64,000 nucleotides of DNA from Phoronis australis (GCA_002633005.1 NMRA01000282.1:36547-100546); one strand, 5' to 3'. Shown: positions 1 to 14,423, counted from the stretch's first letter. The notes: generated by a model from the sequence alone, not told the origin. Made by a program: numbers and translations.

Positions 1-1218
1 GTACACTTAGCTGTTATGCTAACTTCAGATCAAAATAACGACAAGGACAAGCGATGGTCGACCCACGAGAAGTAATTTTTACTTTTTATTGCACAAAGGC
101 GTTTTTATAGGTCCTGAATGACTTACGACCGATTTTTAGTAAAATTCCAGCCACTGTCAGTGTCTATGAGTTAGTGAGATGAAATTGGTACAGGTTCGCG
201 AACAGCGTTCATGAGTGAGTGAGTCGTGTACTTCAGGTACCCTGATTACCATATCTTAAACAAAAAGACACGACAGTTAGCAGATGCTAACTGTTCCACA
301 AAGGAACAGTCTGGGCGATTATCTGATATGCGGCAATATGTACCCGGGGGAGAACAAAAGGCGGTGTCCTTAAGATATAATTAGCTAAAAGCTGCAACTA
401 TAGACGATGTTCACCAGATCCGTTTTCCGCAGTCTCAGAAAAGCATTCAACTTTCATCTTTAAGACGCTGTAGCAGATGGCGAGGAAAAATATACGAAAA
501 TCTGGCGAGTTTGTGGTTTTATTTACTAGAACCTTTTCCTCAAGTCTATCTCCGATGACAGCTGGTTCTGAAACAGCACCTGTATCTAAAAAAGTAGTGG
601 GCACAAGCAGCGTACTATCTCCGCAAGTTTTGCTTCCGTCACCATTTAGTTCTAGCACAGTAAACGAAGAAGGTTGACCGCCGCGTGAGGCTGCAACATA
701 AATGCAGTCTACTAACCTATGAATACGATGTTAGTATATGTTTCAACTACGTACAAAGAAAAATTCAGTACTATACTGCGGCGAATGTCGCAAAATTTGA
801 CTTGTTTTTGCTCCTTCAAGGACGATACAAGGATGCAGGATGCTGTTGACTGCGTCATACATAGCTAATCCTCACATTAACTCTTCAAGCGACAAAGGCC
901 ATGATAACAGTCTTTAAACCCGACAATGAATTCAAACTGATAACCTGTTTTCTACCTAGAACGCTCCATTATGATAAAACAAACGATATTAACATGTTAT
1001 CGGCAGCGCGTTGGCTTCGAGGGCGGCGATGTCTTATCGGTGAGATGACCACGTACGGACTGTTTTCTCCAAGACGGAACGAGGTCTGAATATCATTTCT
1101 CAGACCATGTGCGACAGCATATTAAAATGATAAAACAGCTCATAGCATAAATGCACGAAGTAGCCTACATAGTTGCGCATACGGTTACTTTTCATTGCAA
1201 ACCGTGACCTAATGAGAG

Positions 1219-1468
1219 CATGCGCGCACCCAGCCTTCAATATGGGGGGCTCGAATTCCTGACTTTGTGGACATCTTGGTAACAAAAAGGTGGGCGGACT
1301 AAAAAAAACGGGGGCACCACTCACCATTGTGAATTACGCATTTGCACATGTTTAATGGACTTGTGCCTCATTTTCTCGGACTTTTTGTCGCTCGGCGGCC
1401 GACCTTTTTGCCCACTTCGCCAAATGGGGGGCTCATTCGAGCCCCCCCCTCCCCTGGGTGCGCGCATG
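1219..1468. mobile_element. MITE with 15-bp TIRs
   Basis: CATGCGCGCACCCAG ... CTGGGTGCGCGCATG; flanks GAGAG/GACAG (5-bp TSD with one mismatch). Confidence 0.8.
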
Positions 1469-4015
1469 GACAGGTGCATAGTGCTGCAGTTTCGTCATGT
1501 AAAAAGCAACAAAATGGAACAAAATCTTCAGTACGAAACGCTAGGAAAAAATGACCTAAAATTCACAGGTTCGTGGCCCCTTGCACCTGTCGGCGACATC
1601 AATGCAATCAAAAGTGCAAAAAAAGTTCTAAAACATTAAGTGTGATCGAACTGTTTAGTAATAAGGTACGCATCTGAGAACAACTGTACATGACAACTGC
1701 AATGACCACGTGGCCTGATAATGGTTCTCGCACAAATTCTTTTAATGTACCTTTAATGGAAAAAGACAGACAGAATTTGTCTAGAATGTCCAGTGCAGAG
1801 GTACCAAGTATATTAATACTTGATTGATGCGACATCTGTCTCGATGGAATAAGAATAAACGTTCTATAAAGGAGATAAAATAAAAATTATGAGGCAGGGG
1901 AATGAGGTTAGTATTGCCGTTGGTCTGGCGGATCTTATTTAAAAATGAATATAAAAGTTGCGTGTCAGCTAACAATTGAAGAGCACTTCAAAACACATCA
2001 TGAGCGTGTAAGGCAACGAGACAAAATTTTACAAGTTCCTCAGTTGCTTCACTCATGTGAAACAAAAGAAACGCATAGACCCTCAGAGGCAAGTGTTCCG
2101 TCACTGAATCCACAGGAAGTGCCTCGAAGCTTCCCCAAGACTGAATCCACTACCACGTGATATGTTTTACTACGATAGATGTGCGTAAACAGTTTGGTTA
2201 TTTACCTCCACTTAAGCTAAATGATCCGTATAATTTCTCACAGCTCCCTGCAGGAGTTCTCCACGCGCTCAGGCGGTTCAGCTAATAAACCACTTCTGTG
2301 ATACGCGAAACCGTACTCGTCAACTGTCGTGGGTCTTTTGTACAGGGCGAGAAAAAGTAATTCCCTTTCTTGGGGCTGTAGGTTTAGTAGTTTAAATTTC
2401 ATTGTCCATCGAACGCCATTTTTACCCGAAAGCTGAATTTGCCGACAGATCATTAGCTTGTTGGTGAAATCGGATTGTCATCGGCCTTTTACGGAGCAGG
2501 GTCGGAAGTGTCTCAGGTTATCATCATTTTCAAAGCGCTAACATTTTTTATTTGTAGCTTTGAATTTATTTCAAGAAACTAAAAAAAAACTAATTTAGGG
2601 TATCTTTTGTACAGTTCATTCGTCAGATACCAAGCACGTGTAGCTTGCGCGCCTAAGTTGTAAATGCTAACCATTATGGACACGAAACGTTTTACGTGCA
2701 CATGACGGTGACGTATTCCAACGTCACGGGTGAGAATGATTGACTGTCTCAGTCAGATTTTTCCTCATTTGTTTAGCCCAGTGGCCTCGTTAGCCCTATT
2801 CATAGAGCCTCGGGTGATATTTAACGTCGCTATTCAGGGGGTTTGGTTTTCTTTGCAATGAGCATCCCGGTATTATGGTCAGGATCCATGTAACGATAAC
2901 AGCTAATGTGGCTATGCATAACTTAATTTGTTATTATTGTTCCACAGTTTGTATTACTGGTGTTGTTTCACACTCGGTGACCAAGGCGTTTGATGGGAAA
3001 TGAGATTTCTTAAGGTTGGATAAAACATATAGGTAGTTTTACAATAGTTTGATACACGGGATTATGGGGTAATTTGACACTCGTTTCATGGTTGTCATGG
3101 GGATTCGTATTTCTGACATGGGGTGAGATGAACCCAACATTTAGTTGCAAAGGGCATATATAAGTCAGACGGGCAATGACGATGACAAATCTCAGGTGCG
3201 ACTTTTTATTTTCGAGATAGATTTCTCCGTTGCTATCCGGTCTTGATTGATGCGGAATCATCTACGGAGAAGTACTAGGCTATTGAATTCGTTCGAGTGC
3301 GTAAATTTTAAAATAAAATTAAATGTCTGCATAGTCAAAAACCCCTACTTTGACAAATAGAACGATATGTTCAAACACATTTCTTGGAGTCCTTGGTACT
3401 TCTGTCTACCAAACTGAGTCCAACCATGCATTTGCATACCTACAGTTTCACGGTGAAACCCTAAACAGAGCTTGTTAGACATTTATAGAAGCGAACCCAA
3501 ACCATATAATCGTTGCACCTAGCACTCGGCTTGTTTTCCTATCAGGTGTTTACCCATATCTGTAATGTACACAAAACGGTGTAGTTCCTTACACTCTTAA
3601 TTATCCGTCTCTTCAATGGTTGATCGTCTTAAACCGACACCGCTTCCTTTGGCGGTCGACGGCTACACAATGGTTTTTTACACGAGCGGGACGCGCCATC
3701 AGCGAAGTGAATCTAATGTTATAATAAGCGTAATGAGGCGTTTAATAGATGAGTGTGTATGCCCGGGGCAGTATTGTTAAATGACATGCCTATAGAACAC
3801 ACAGGTGTACGTGTAAGAGTCGTGTGTGTTGTTTTTTGAGGTTAATAATACATTCCAACACGTTCTGGTCTTCAAATTTTGTTCCACATATGTTGACAAG
3901 ATGAGCGTCCAGTAATCAATGCCAAAAGGACCACTGGAGGGACAACGTCTTCCTACCACCGATCCAAACATAAAAATAATTATTCACAAAGGTGTCTCAA
4001 AAATTTCTTGCCATG

Positions 4016-4381
4016 ATGATAGTGACTGGTATATTTTTCGTGATGATAGCGACTAAAATATCTACCCTAAAGATAGTAACTGGTATATCTACCGTCATGA
4101 AAGCGACTGGTATATCTACTCTAAAAATAGCGACTGGTATATTTACCGTGATGACAGTGACTTGTATATCTACGCTAAAAATAGCGAATGGTATATCTAC
4201 CGTTATGATAGCGACTGGTATATCTACCGTGATGATAGAAATTGGTATATCTACCGTCATGATACCGATTGGTACATCTACCCTAAAGACAGGGACTGAT
4301 TTACCTACCGTGATGACAGTGAGTGATATATCTACCGCGATGATAGCGACTGGTATGTCTACCGTCACGATAGCGACTGGT
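4016..4381. repeat. 27-bp minisatellite, ~13.5 copies
   Basis: Unit approximately ATGATAGCGACTGGTATATCTACCGTG; partial 54-bp alternation. Confidence 0.95.
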
Positions 4382-7300
4382 GATCATACCATTGAAATTT
4401 TAAGGTAGGCATAGACGTCATTTCTACACTCTTTTTACCTGTCGATGTATTGAATGGTATGTACGAAGATCGAAATAATACTCAATCAGAGAAAGTAAAT
4501 GTTTGAGTCATTTCCTGTGTGGTTGAGTAAACTGATTTTTTTATTTGTGTTTTGAGATGCGAGTAAAGTGAAAGAAGGCTAAGAGGCACAGAAGACGGCG
4601 AGCTACAATTGCTTCAGCCTCAAGTAGGCCTAAACTGTAACTAAGCTGCGAGCTCACGTCGCGGCGAGAACGATCGAATGGTTTAGAGTTGTGTTTCCAC
4701 GTCTTGACGAGAGCTGTCACCTCATGTAGCTGTCGTTCATTTAAGGTAGACAGCCTTGCTCGTAGCGGTGGCTCAAACGCGCTGAAGATAAAAATGATTA
4801 CGATGATGAGTAAAGGTAGATAATTTGTGAGAAACGAAGACAACGTGGATGATAACAGACGATGACGACGACGCTGACGAATCGAGGACGACGATGGTTG
4901 GGATAATTCATTATGGAAAATGTTGCACTTCTAATTCTATTCGCAAAATGTAAACCAGCGTGTCGGGTTCACAATATATCATACAGACCATGAACAATGC
5001 CTGGCAACTTGGTCTGAGAATGGTATCTTCAGTTTTGATAAGAACGTGATACTTGTTTGGTTTTCGTTTGTCCAGGTCTTCTTTAAACGGATTTGCCAAG
5101 GTCAAGTAGCGACGAAAATAACATCCTAATGCTTTATACACCCATCGACTGCGTTTTCTTATCTCTAACAAAAGTGGGTTGATAGAAATAAAAGGAGGTG
5201 ACAGGTTGGATCTGAGATCTCGGTATCGTATTTTGCGGGTGGGTCTTGTTTAATTAATCACAAAATGACGTAGAGAAGCGGTCACGTCTTCATGTATAGG
5301 CCTATAAAAATATCGACCATGGCAATCGTTGGTGCAATGAACCGCTTCGCAGAAATTGACGGTATGAAGGCGATAATGTGTAAACACGTAAGTCTGCGGT
5401 AGATATTGCAGCAATGATGAATATTTTTAGTTGAAAACTTTGACAATTTGAAACAAAAATTTGACCTTACTCCTAAATATCACCCTAGACTTCGGGAAAT
5501 GCCGGGCCTTCCATGAACCGCTCCGTTTCCTTTGCTGGTATCAGTTATTTGTTCAACAATAAGCTTATGGGGTTAAATTTAGTTCACTCTAATTTGGCAC
5601 TAATCATGACCGAATTTTGTGGATACCCAGGTAATCGCAGAGTGCACAATGACATGTTGTTGTTGAACTCAAGAACACACAACCAAAACTAATGGTAATG
5701 AGATATTTATGAAATCGCACGAAATCAGCTACTGCCGCGCTGTTGAGAGAAACCCCCTACACAGATTTCGTTTGCACTAACATTGTATGTGAATTTATCA
5801 GCACCAACTTTTCAACAAGGATTCGTTATAATGGCGCCACACTCCTACCTTACCCGACATTCAGATAGGAGTAGGTGTTACGTAATGACGAGTGACCGAT
5901 CTGAAGCCCACAGGTCAATTAGTACTTAATTGATTACCATAAAGCCCTAAACGTTTGTCCGTGAAGAAACGTCCAATGGATAAGAACTTTCAAGCATGCG
6001 CACATAAAATTAACTTGTACAGAGGTAATGAAATATTGAAACCACTCGTGAAGGTGCTGTCGTTCGAACCTTAAGCTACTTTCCCGTTATAATTTGCTGA
6101 TAACGTTAATCAATCTAAAGTTATTAAAGATACATATCATTTCATCTTAGATAAGATTGAGATTCATGTTGTCGTGTTAATTTGATACTTAGTCGTATCC
6201 ACGGTGCCCGCCTTGTTATATAACCTCGTCTGCGGATATACTTTTGGTTTGTATTAGTTTTATCAATAGCACGCCATTTCTTGACGGTCGATTTTTGTAT
6301 TATATCTTGAAGATCAGCATACATGGGTGACACGAAAATCCAGTAACGACCAATAATATCCGGCCAAAGGCATCGCACGCAATGGCAGGCATAGCGTGAC
6401 TAAGCGCAAGCGCAGGTAGAACGTGGCTAATTGTGTAGTACAGCATTCCGCCACGGGTCCATATCTCAATGAATTTCCGCATACATACACCACACGCGCA
6501 CATCTGAATTGTGTGAAAAACCAATATTGTTTTTCGGTACATCAATGTTTTTCAAGTCCATTGGTCACATATTACAAAATAAGCAGAAAGCAGACTATTG
6601 GTATCGCGTAAAAACAGATCAGTTTATTCGATTGTTTGCCTTTTCAAGAATTGTTGCTAAGAATGAACCATACTTTTGGATCAAAATATGACGCATTTCT
6701 TCAAAAGCTTCACCGAATCTCCAAAATATTCCCCACGATGTTAAGCGTTTTGTCCAACAGTGAATGTCACGTTAAATGGTCAACGGCGCTAAAATAAACA
6801 GGTTGCTGCGGTAAAACACTTGTAGAGTGAATTGTAAACGATGTCGTGTTGGTACTGAGGATTAAAGTTGAGCATTTACCAAATGAGAAGCTGACCTTCA
6901 GGCAATCAGGTCACAGATTCGATATCGACAAGAAAGAAAGTCTTTAAATCGTATAATGGAACGTTTTACGTTCAGTTCATCCCCCTTTGCAAATAATAGA
7001 ACAATTAACAGAGCATTGTGTTTAGTTGAGGTAATAGTAACCCTTATTTTCGATGTCGATGTAGACATCGGAGGTCTACGACGACTAAGGAGTTAGAAAT
7101 GTGTTATTGTTTAGGTGAATATGAAAGATGGCGTACTGCTAGGCATAACTGCTCCATCATGGAACAGCTTTGTCCTGTTGTAGTAAAGGCTGTCTCTCGC
7201 TAGAACAGAAAGCAGCAATAGCAATGCGCGTGCCCGGCGCACGAGACCGGTAACTGACTGCTGCCTCTCGTGAGCTACTTGGTCGCAAGTTTTAATGCTC

Positions 7301-8523
7301 CACTATGAGTAATACGGTACACGAGCGCTTCGCCAAGTGATTTTTTACTGTCTTTCTGTAACTGTTGTGTTTTTCGTGCAAATAATTCTATTTTTGCATT
7401 TGTTTAATTCACATTTACGTTTTTTATGATGCGCGTGAATCTACGCAGTAATGCTACGTCACCGACACATCTAACTGTCTATCAGGCACCTACCACTTTT
7501 CCAATAGCTCCGCAACACCATGTGGTCCACAGATCATTGAGTAGCACCTCGTCGAAGAGGCAATTCAACAGACTATAGGATAACATTTGTACAATTCTTG
7601 TTGATCCTTGCCTGATAAGAAGGCTTAAAAAAGAGCAAGAACGATGGTTCTATCGAGTCGCCTTTATTGACTCGCGTTCAAATTGTCTGCGAATTGTAAC
7701 AAAGAGCTGAATGACTGGATGTCACTGACGAGTGCTTCGGAATCTAGTCGAGTGGCTGTATTGGGCATTTCGATAAAGTCTCAAGAGATTTACAATATTT
7801 GTTCGCAAGAACTTATGAAATAGCTTTTTAGTTGAAGGGTAACAAATCAAGTCAGAATGGCTTAAGCCATGCCAAACCACCTAGGCGAGCAGTCAATAGT
7901 AAATATGAGGTTTTAGTAATGATGTGTATTTAATACACGGAGAAAACCCACCGGACAAAACAGATTTGTATTGGTTGGGCATGTGGACAAGGGAGGATTC
8001 GTTTGTCAACATCACTCTGACACCTGAAGTTAATAGAGACAATTTCGTAATAGCGTGGCACATGCAACAGTGCACAGCGGGTGGCGTAAGAACACGGAGC
8101 CTGAACTCGGTCACAAGTTCAGAGCACGACAGTGGAAGGCAGCGAGGGCAAATACCGCCACCTACACACCTTAGATATTAAATACGTCATCAACACTTCA
8201 GTACTCATGAAAAACAAGTCCACGAGGTTATTAACTTCTACTTCTCTCGCGTGGTTTGAAACTCTATCCCACATTACTGCCGAAATTATTTGTGAACATA
8301 TTTGAATATAATTGGTAATCCGATGAAAAATTCAAATTGAGTAGTTGGATATGTTTAATGAAGGGTAGAGTTTCTGCTAAGCTGTATGTGTGGTTGACAG
8401 ACAACGAGGCGAAGTGTTCTTCGAAACGTCTGGCAGACAGTTCCCCTACTCTGAACAAAAATTACCCTTGAAGTTTGAGTTGCACACGCGGATTTCGGGC
8501 ATTAGTCACCTACAGGGGTACCA

Positions 8524-8581
8524 CATTTTGAGAACCAGTTTTCTCCACTGAATAACTAGTGTCATACTGGATCTCAAAATG
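8524..8581. repeat. 58-bp hairpin mini-element; copies near 29690-29740 and 33865-33917
   Basis: Arms CATTTTGAGAACCAGT / ACTGGATCTCAAAATG, with a loop shared between copies. Confidence 0.7.
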
Positions 8582-10357
8582 CAGGACCGTTGGAGTTAAT
8601 TATTGCCGCAAATTGTCCCTAGGTGCACATTCGCCAACAAGCGCTGGTGTCCATGGAACGAGCTGGAGGTCTTTTGGAAATGTAATAGTTGCAGCACGTT
8701 TCAAGAATAAATAAAAATCGGGCCAAATGGAAGAAGATTGTTTCGCAACGGTATCCAGCATTACGTAGAAGAGAAGTCATGCCACGTAAAATTCAACCGA
8801 TAGAGTCAAAATTTTACGAGGGCGTGGCCATTCTTTTTGCCGACAGACAAACATATTGTCAGCGACACCACACCTCTTATCGAAGGTGTCAAGAAACAAG
8901 AGGTGGCGCGGTTTTCTCCACCAAAGGTGTAAATATCCTAATTCCTCTGTACATATTGTCTATTGCTTCTCACCGCCTCTCAAGTTTCATTCACACGCAC
9001 CCACTACAGATGTTGTTGGTAACCGTCAAACACGGTAGTACTCGAGTCATTGCACAGGTTATACACGATCTGTGCAGCTAACTAAAGGACCCTGAGTTAG
9101 GTTCCCATTGAAAGTCAAGCTAGCTCTCGGGGAGGCGCGCGCTTTAATACCTTTCACAGGGTATTAGCGTCTGCACATTTAAAGATGCTGTGTACAGTTA
9201 AATCGTGAATATGGCATGAAATACTAGTATACAAACAAACCCGGCCTCCCGTTCAGTAAGGCTAGGACCTCGCTAAAAAGCAAGACTTCGCGAGATTACG
9301 TGAGATATTGTCGTGCATTTTAAATGAGAACACGTGACTTTGACTAGGTTTTAGCTAGGACTGAACGCACGCCCGGGTCTTCACCGGGAACCATACGAGA
9401 ACTATTTACCATTACAATCTCACGAAAGTATGGTTTTGTTAGACATTTTTTATGTAAAAGAGTATAGTAATATGTCATTGTTACCCTAATAAAACAAGGC
9501 ACAGTTTTTATTATTTGTTCATTTCTCTTTCACATAACGTTTCCAGTGATAGTTTGCAATTCTCCTTTCTAAACTCTATCAGACTGAGGTTGTGATACGT
9601 TATTCATGCTGTTACTCGTTGTTATTCGTGTGTGTCAGTTCTTGCCAAAATCAACCAACTCAACTAACATGCACAATGGCAATGACTATAAATTCTAATG
9701 TATACCGCTGTTAGTTAGACGTTAATCAGGGCATCAGTTTTGGTGATTGGTTCAAAAATAAAATGCCAAACTAGTTGAAAAGAGTCCGTGAAACTGTCAG
9801 ATCATCACATCATTGACAGGTCAGCCACGCCCACTAAGTCACGGGGCTCTTCTCGGGGTTCAGTCTTCATTACATTATTTTTGTCAACTTCCTCATGACA
9901 ATACGCCAGCACTACAGCAACAGCAACGGATTCCACTGCTTCTGTCAGTTTCTGAATAATATTCATTCATAAATAAAAGCACCACGGTGCCGCATTTAAA
10001 TACAGATGCGTAAGAGTCTAAATAATCTCCCGTTCTTGGATTCCATGTTATATCAGCCTTGGTCTCGTTACATCGTGACGCGAACATTCATCTTCGTAGC
10101 ACATTATCCTGTTACGGAATAGATTAGCGCGTTCATGAGTCAAAGCTAAACGCGTTAACAACTGACCACCGGCTATGGATTCCACGCTAATATAGCATTA
10201 AGCAGCGGGAACCAGTGTGAGGTCTGCAAGATAGACCTCAGGCGAGATGTCGCAAACGAGGTGGCCATTTTGCATGTACTCAGACGGGTATCCCAAAAGT
10301 AAGATATTATAGATAATGTGCGAGGAAATCTTAAAGTTCACTCTCTTCTGATTCCAG

Positions 10358-10619
10358 CGTTGCAAAGACAAGCTCAAGAGTCTTTCTATAGCCGTGATGA
10401 ACCACTGGCCAGGAATTAAACTACGAGTGACCGAGGCCTGGGACGATAAATTAACCCATGCCAAAGACTCATTACATTACGAAGGCAGGGCGGTAGACAT
10501 CACCACCTCCGACAAGGACAGGTCCAAGTACCCCATGCTGGCTAGCCTCGCTGTAGCAGCTGGATTTGATTGGGTGTACTACGAGTCACGTGGCCACATT
10601 CACTGCTCCGTGAAGTCAG
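10358..10619 (+). CDS. hh: hedgehog exon 2 (Hh-N signalling domain, C-terminal half)
   Basis: ttccag acceptor and G|GTGAG donor; 262 nt, the conserved Hh exon-2 size. Translates RCKDKL...LRVTEAWD...[15 protein letters not shown]...[19 protein letters not shown]. Zn ligands equivalent to SHH H140/D147/H182 and E176 are intact. Confidence 0.98.
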
Positions 10620-10696
10620 GTGAGAATTAATCCAACTCCACAGACTGAGTACGTGACATACTACTCTAAGTTCTCAGAAACGGGTGCACAAAACAA

Positions 10697-10833
10697 CCAT
10701 AGGGGGCTGGAGGGTTATAGCCCCCCCCCCCTTCCACTTTTTCAGTGCTACCCCGCAAGTGGTCTATAGGCGGTGCACCACAGGGGGGCTGAGGGGCTTT
10801 AGCCCCCACTTTTTTCAGTGCTGCGCCGCCCAT
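10697..10833. mobile_element. Second copy of the dimeric MITE (hh intron 2)
   Basis: Same two GGGGGCTG..CCCCACTTTTTCAGTGCT monomers and the same TGCGCCGCCCAT end as 14424-14571. Confidence 0.75.
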
Positions 10834-11982
10834 ACAAACGTACTAGCATCAAGTGAAGAGTCTCAATTGCATTCCACAGAAGCAGCAGGTCATCTGTTAC
10901 CGTGCCGCTTCTGAGCAGTCTTTCACGTTTCTTCTCAGTTCCTCGTCAAGCGATAGCATTTTCCCGTACCAAACACCTCGGGTATTTTCGTAGCCTAAAA
11001 TTTGAGGCTCCGAAAATACCTGAGGTGTTCTTGATGACTGTGTCCTTGTTGAGGTGAGTCCTGGATGACCTAACCAAGGAACCAATCGGATACCTTTCAG
11101 CTGCTGAAATATCGTTGCTAGCTTAACAATGAGCGTAGGTCTACGTGTCCACTATAGCTTAAAGGCCTACCCAGCTAAAATTAAATTTTCGGTCCTTGTC
11201 AATTAGCAATGGCAAGACAGGTAAACTGTCAATCAAGCTTGAGAAAGTAATTGATCCAAAATACCAAAAAATGGGAAGAGACAACTCGCAAGCCAGTTAA
11301 AATACATGCCACGAGTTCACAAAAGCACTACATACGTCAGGCACGTTCCCAGCGCCAAAACAGGGGAAACCCCCGTTCCCACAAAACAGTGGCGACACGA
11401 GAATGTTATGACGCCAACTTCGGTCTGTGACAGAGTAGATACACGGGCAGAAACGGTCACTGCTCCCGGGGACTTTCAACAAATAGGAAAACCTAATGAA
11501 ACACGTACGGGTGGATACAAATAATTTAGTCAAATTTCACAAAGTGTCGTGAGTTGATGATAGATGTCTCATTCAATCCATCGAGGATGTCAGAGACACA
11601 TCACCGCGTTAACGTCTCGTTTGTTTTTGTTGTATCCGAATCCTGACATATTTTGTTTACGGTCAAAACTAATGATCGTGTTTATATAAACTGAGGGATA
11701 CTGCTACCAAAGTATTTAATGTTTACATTTGCTGTGTACAACGTATTTGTCCCACTGTTAGCATCTAGGCACTCGAAGAACTTCTCACATGAAACAAGTC
11801 GGTTAAAGCTAATCCGATGTTTACCAAACTAGCAACTCATCTCCATCAACAGGTGTCGCAGTAGGTTAATTGAACATTTTATTGTTTCCGTGAGTCCATC
11901 ACTAAATCTGTTATCGCTGAAATGTCGTCCGATTGTATCGGTAATAAACTCCTCGTAAATAGCACGCAAGATCCACCTACGA

Positions 11983-12400
11983 GAAATTCCAAATATTTTT
12001 ATCTGAAAGAAACGAATTTCTGCTTAATCTAAGAAAATTAAATTCTATGAAATCTACCCCAAAAATTGACAAAAACACAACGCAAAGAATAGTCATAGAG
12101 CTACAGTATTCAATAACTGTCTTCAGGGCTTGGAAATTTCCTCTGTTAAGAAGATTTCCTCTTTTTGGTTTCGCTTTCCTCAAATTTCAAATAATTTCAT
12201 CTGAAACAAACGGATTTCTGTTTAATCTAAAAAAATTAATTTCTACGAAATCTACCCCAAAAATTGACAAACACAAAACGCACAGAATAGTCATAGAGCT
12301 ACAGTATTCAATAACTGTCTTCAGGGCTTGGAAATTTCCTCTTTTAAGAGGATTTCCTCTTTTTTGGTTTTGATTTCCTCAAATTTCAAATATTTTCATC
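11983..12400. repeat. 198-bp tandem duplication (~2.1 copies)
   Basis: AATCTACCCC at 12051 and 12249; the distal part resembles 29995-30140. Confidence 0.9.
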
Positions 12401-13154
12401 TCTCTTTTTATCGTTTTTATTCATGCAAAAACGCTTATTTCAGTTAAATTTTACAACACAAAAAACATTTCTTTCACACAAGCCTATTTATTTGTGAAAC
12501 GATACATCGCCTGTAAAATGTTCCTCTTTTTTGTCATTGGTTATACCAAACCCTCAGTATTTCTTTATCATAAACTCGACTGTTGCCAACAACCAAGGCA
12601 CATTTGGTCTATTTAATACTCGATTTGTCTACGTGCTGGACGCTCCCTCCTGTTGATGCTGTTTTTCGAGAGTGCAAATATTGACATCTCAACAGATAGG
12701 TCACACTAAAGTGCGTCGGTTGTCAAGCAACTTTATGACTTTAACTGTATTTTTGGTGGTCAACCCGCCATAACAAGAAGAGCAACTTTAATGTTTGATG
12801 TCTACAAATGTGGCCACAAACACAAACGAACCGAGATATAAAGGGGCACAATGCGCAAAGTATGGCAGAGGCTTATGCAATCTATAGCAGTAAGATTGTC
12901 TTCTGTAACCATTTGTTGACCAGTTGTAGGAGGACAGGACCAACCCTACTAAATGGCCTACGTGTATGTGGTTGATGACAGCACATGGGTTTACTATTCA
13001 GGGAAAGCCCGGATGCTTTATTCAAACACATGCAGACAGCTGGACACTAGGTTTTCAGAGTACATGAAGTTCTTTAGACCGGGTTTCTAGAATGAAGAGC
13101 GATTGCTTTATTTAAAATAATTTCGACTAAATGTAATGGTGTGTCTTTTTCCAG

Positions 13155-13834
13155 ACAACTCAGAAGCAATCAAGAGGGGAGGCGGATGTTTCCCTGGCGA
13201 CGTCAAAATTAGGACCCAAAGCGGGCAGACGAAAAACATGTCGAGCCTACAAGTTGGAGAAAGGGTGCTTACAATGACAGATGAAGGGAAGCTGGTTTAT
13301 AGCGAGGTGATCATGTTCATGGACAGGAACACCAAATCAAAAGCAGTCTACAAAAAATTGATACTGGACAGTGGAAAGTATCTCATGTTGACCGCCGATC
13401 ATCTCGTTTACGTCAGCACATCAGGACATCATGACGTGGACGGCGACTTTCACGAAGCCGTCGTTGAATTCGCGAGCAATGTGAAAGTTGGTGACTATGT
13501 TCGCGCTGTGGCTAGCGGCGAAGTTATCGCTAGTAAAGTAGTTGACATTCAAACAGAAACCAAAGACGGCGTGTACGCCCCACTTACGCTTCAAGGGACA
13601 ATAGTAGCAAACGACGTGGTCGCATCTTGCTACGCCGTGGTGAACAGTCATGCATTGGCGCACAGTGTGTTCGCTCCCGTGCGTTTTATTCACAACCTGA
13701 AGGACTATTTCGGTATCCGTGGGATGGATTCCGGAGCAACGACAGAGTCGAGTGAAGGAATAAATTGGTATCCTAATATATTTCACAAAATAGCACCGTA
13801 CGTTCTCAATAAAAATATGTTCCTGAAGCTGTAA
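13155..13834 (+). CDS. hh: hedgehog exon 3 (Hint/Hog autoprocessing domain and sterol-recognition region)
   Basis: tttttccag acceptor in phase 1 matches exon 2. GG|CFP cleavage site (Cys codon at 13187), LTADH (TxxH), FMD, GVYAPLT..GT and ASCYA motifs; stop TAA at 13832-13834. Confidence 0.98.
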
Positions 13835-14423
13835 CCAAGAACATTTCCGGTGGTGTTGACGACGTTTCGTGGCCCAAAAAGTGGATAAACCGTAACAGGT
13901 CGAGTCAAAAGGTCGGGCCCATCAGCCTCGACTAATGAGGAACACGCCAAGGTTTGGGTGCCACGTAAAATAAAAAGATGAATGCCAAAACTGACAGACA
14001 TGTCACATAGCAATGGACTCGTGTTAAAGTACTGAAAATGAACAAATACGACAAAAAACTCGAAGCTTGGGCCAAGCAAAGACTGATGGTGATGCAGTAA
14101 CGGTGACAGCTCGTTCGGACAAGTCTTCGGACGGAATCGAGGAAATCGTCCATGTTCAAAATACCTGAATATTTCGAGTATGCTTAGCTCAACAAAATTA
14201 ACGAAGGAAACACTTCACTTAATGTCTTTTATTGTTATTACAACACATTTATAAAACAGCGACCAGTGGAATCAGCACAAAAGCACTAAAAAGTCTTTTG
14301 ACATCGCAGTGTCTCACTAGTGCCATATACAGCGCCACTCTTGAGCAATACAACGGTATGGTAGCCATTTTTTCTGTAAAACTTGGAGTTTACGTTCCTA
14401 ATTTCAACCCTTTACACAAAGAA

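Noticed and set aside
398-677. Overlapping short ORFs (86 and 66 aa)
   Set aside because: No recognisable motif or exon partners.
3992-4408. 138-aa and 123-aa repeat ORFs as genes
   Set aside because: Explained by the 27-bp minisatellite; the ORF track uses non-ATG starts.
1-10357. hedgehog exon 1
   Set aside because: No signal peptide, CGPG or YKQ..PN..E motif found. It must lie upstream, so intron 1 exceeds 10 kb.
10897-11103. Antisense ORF or exon in hh intron 2
   Set aside because: No homology and no other exons to link it to.
13187-13834. Intein or mobile Hint element
   Set aside because: This is the normal Hog autoprocessing domain of hedgehog.
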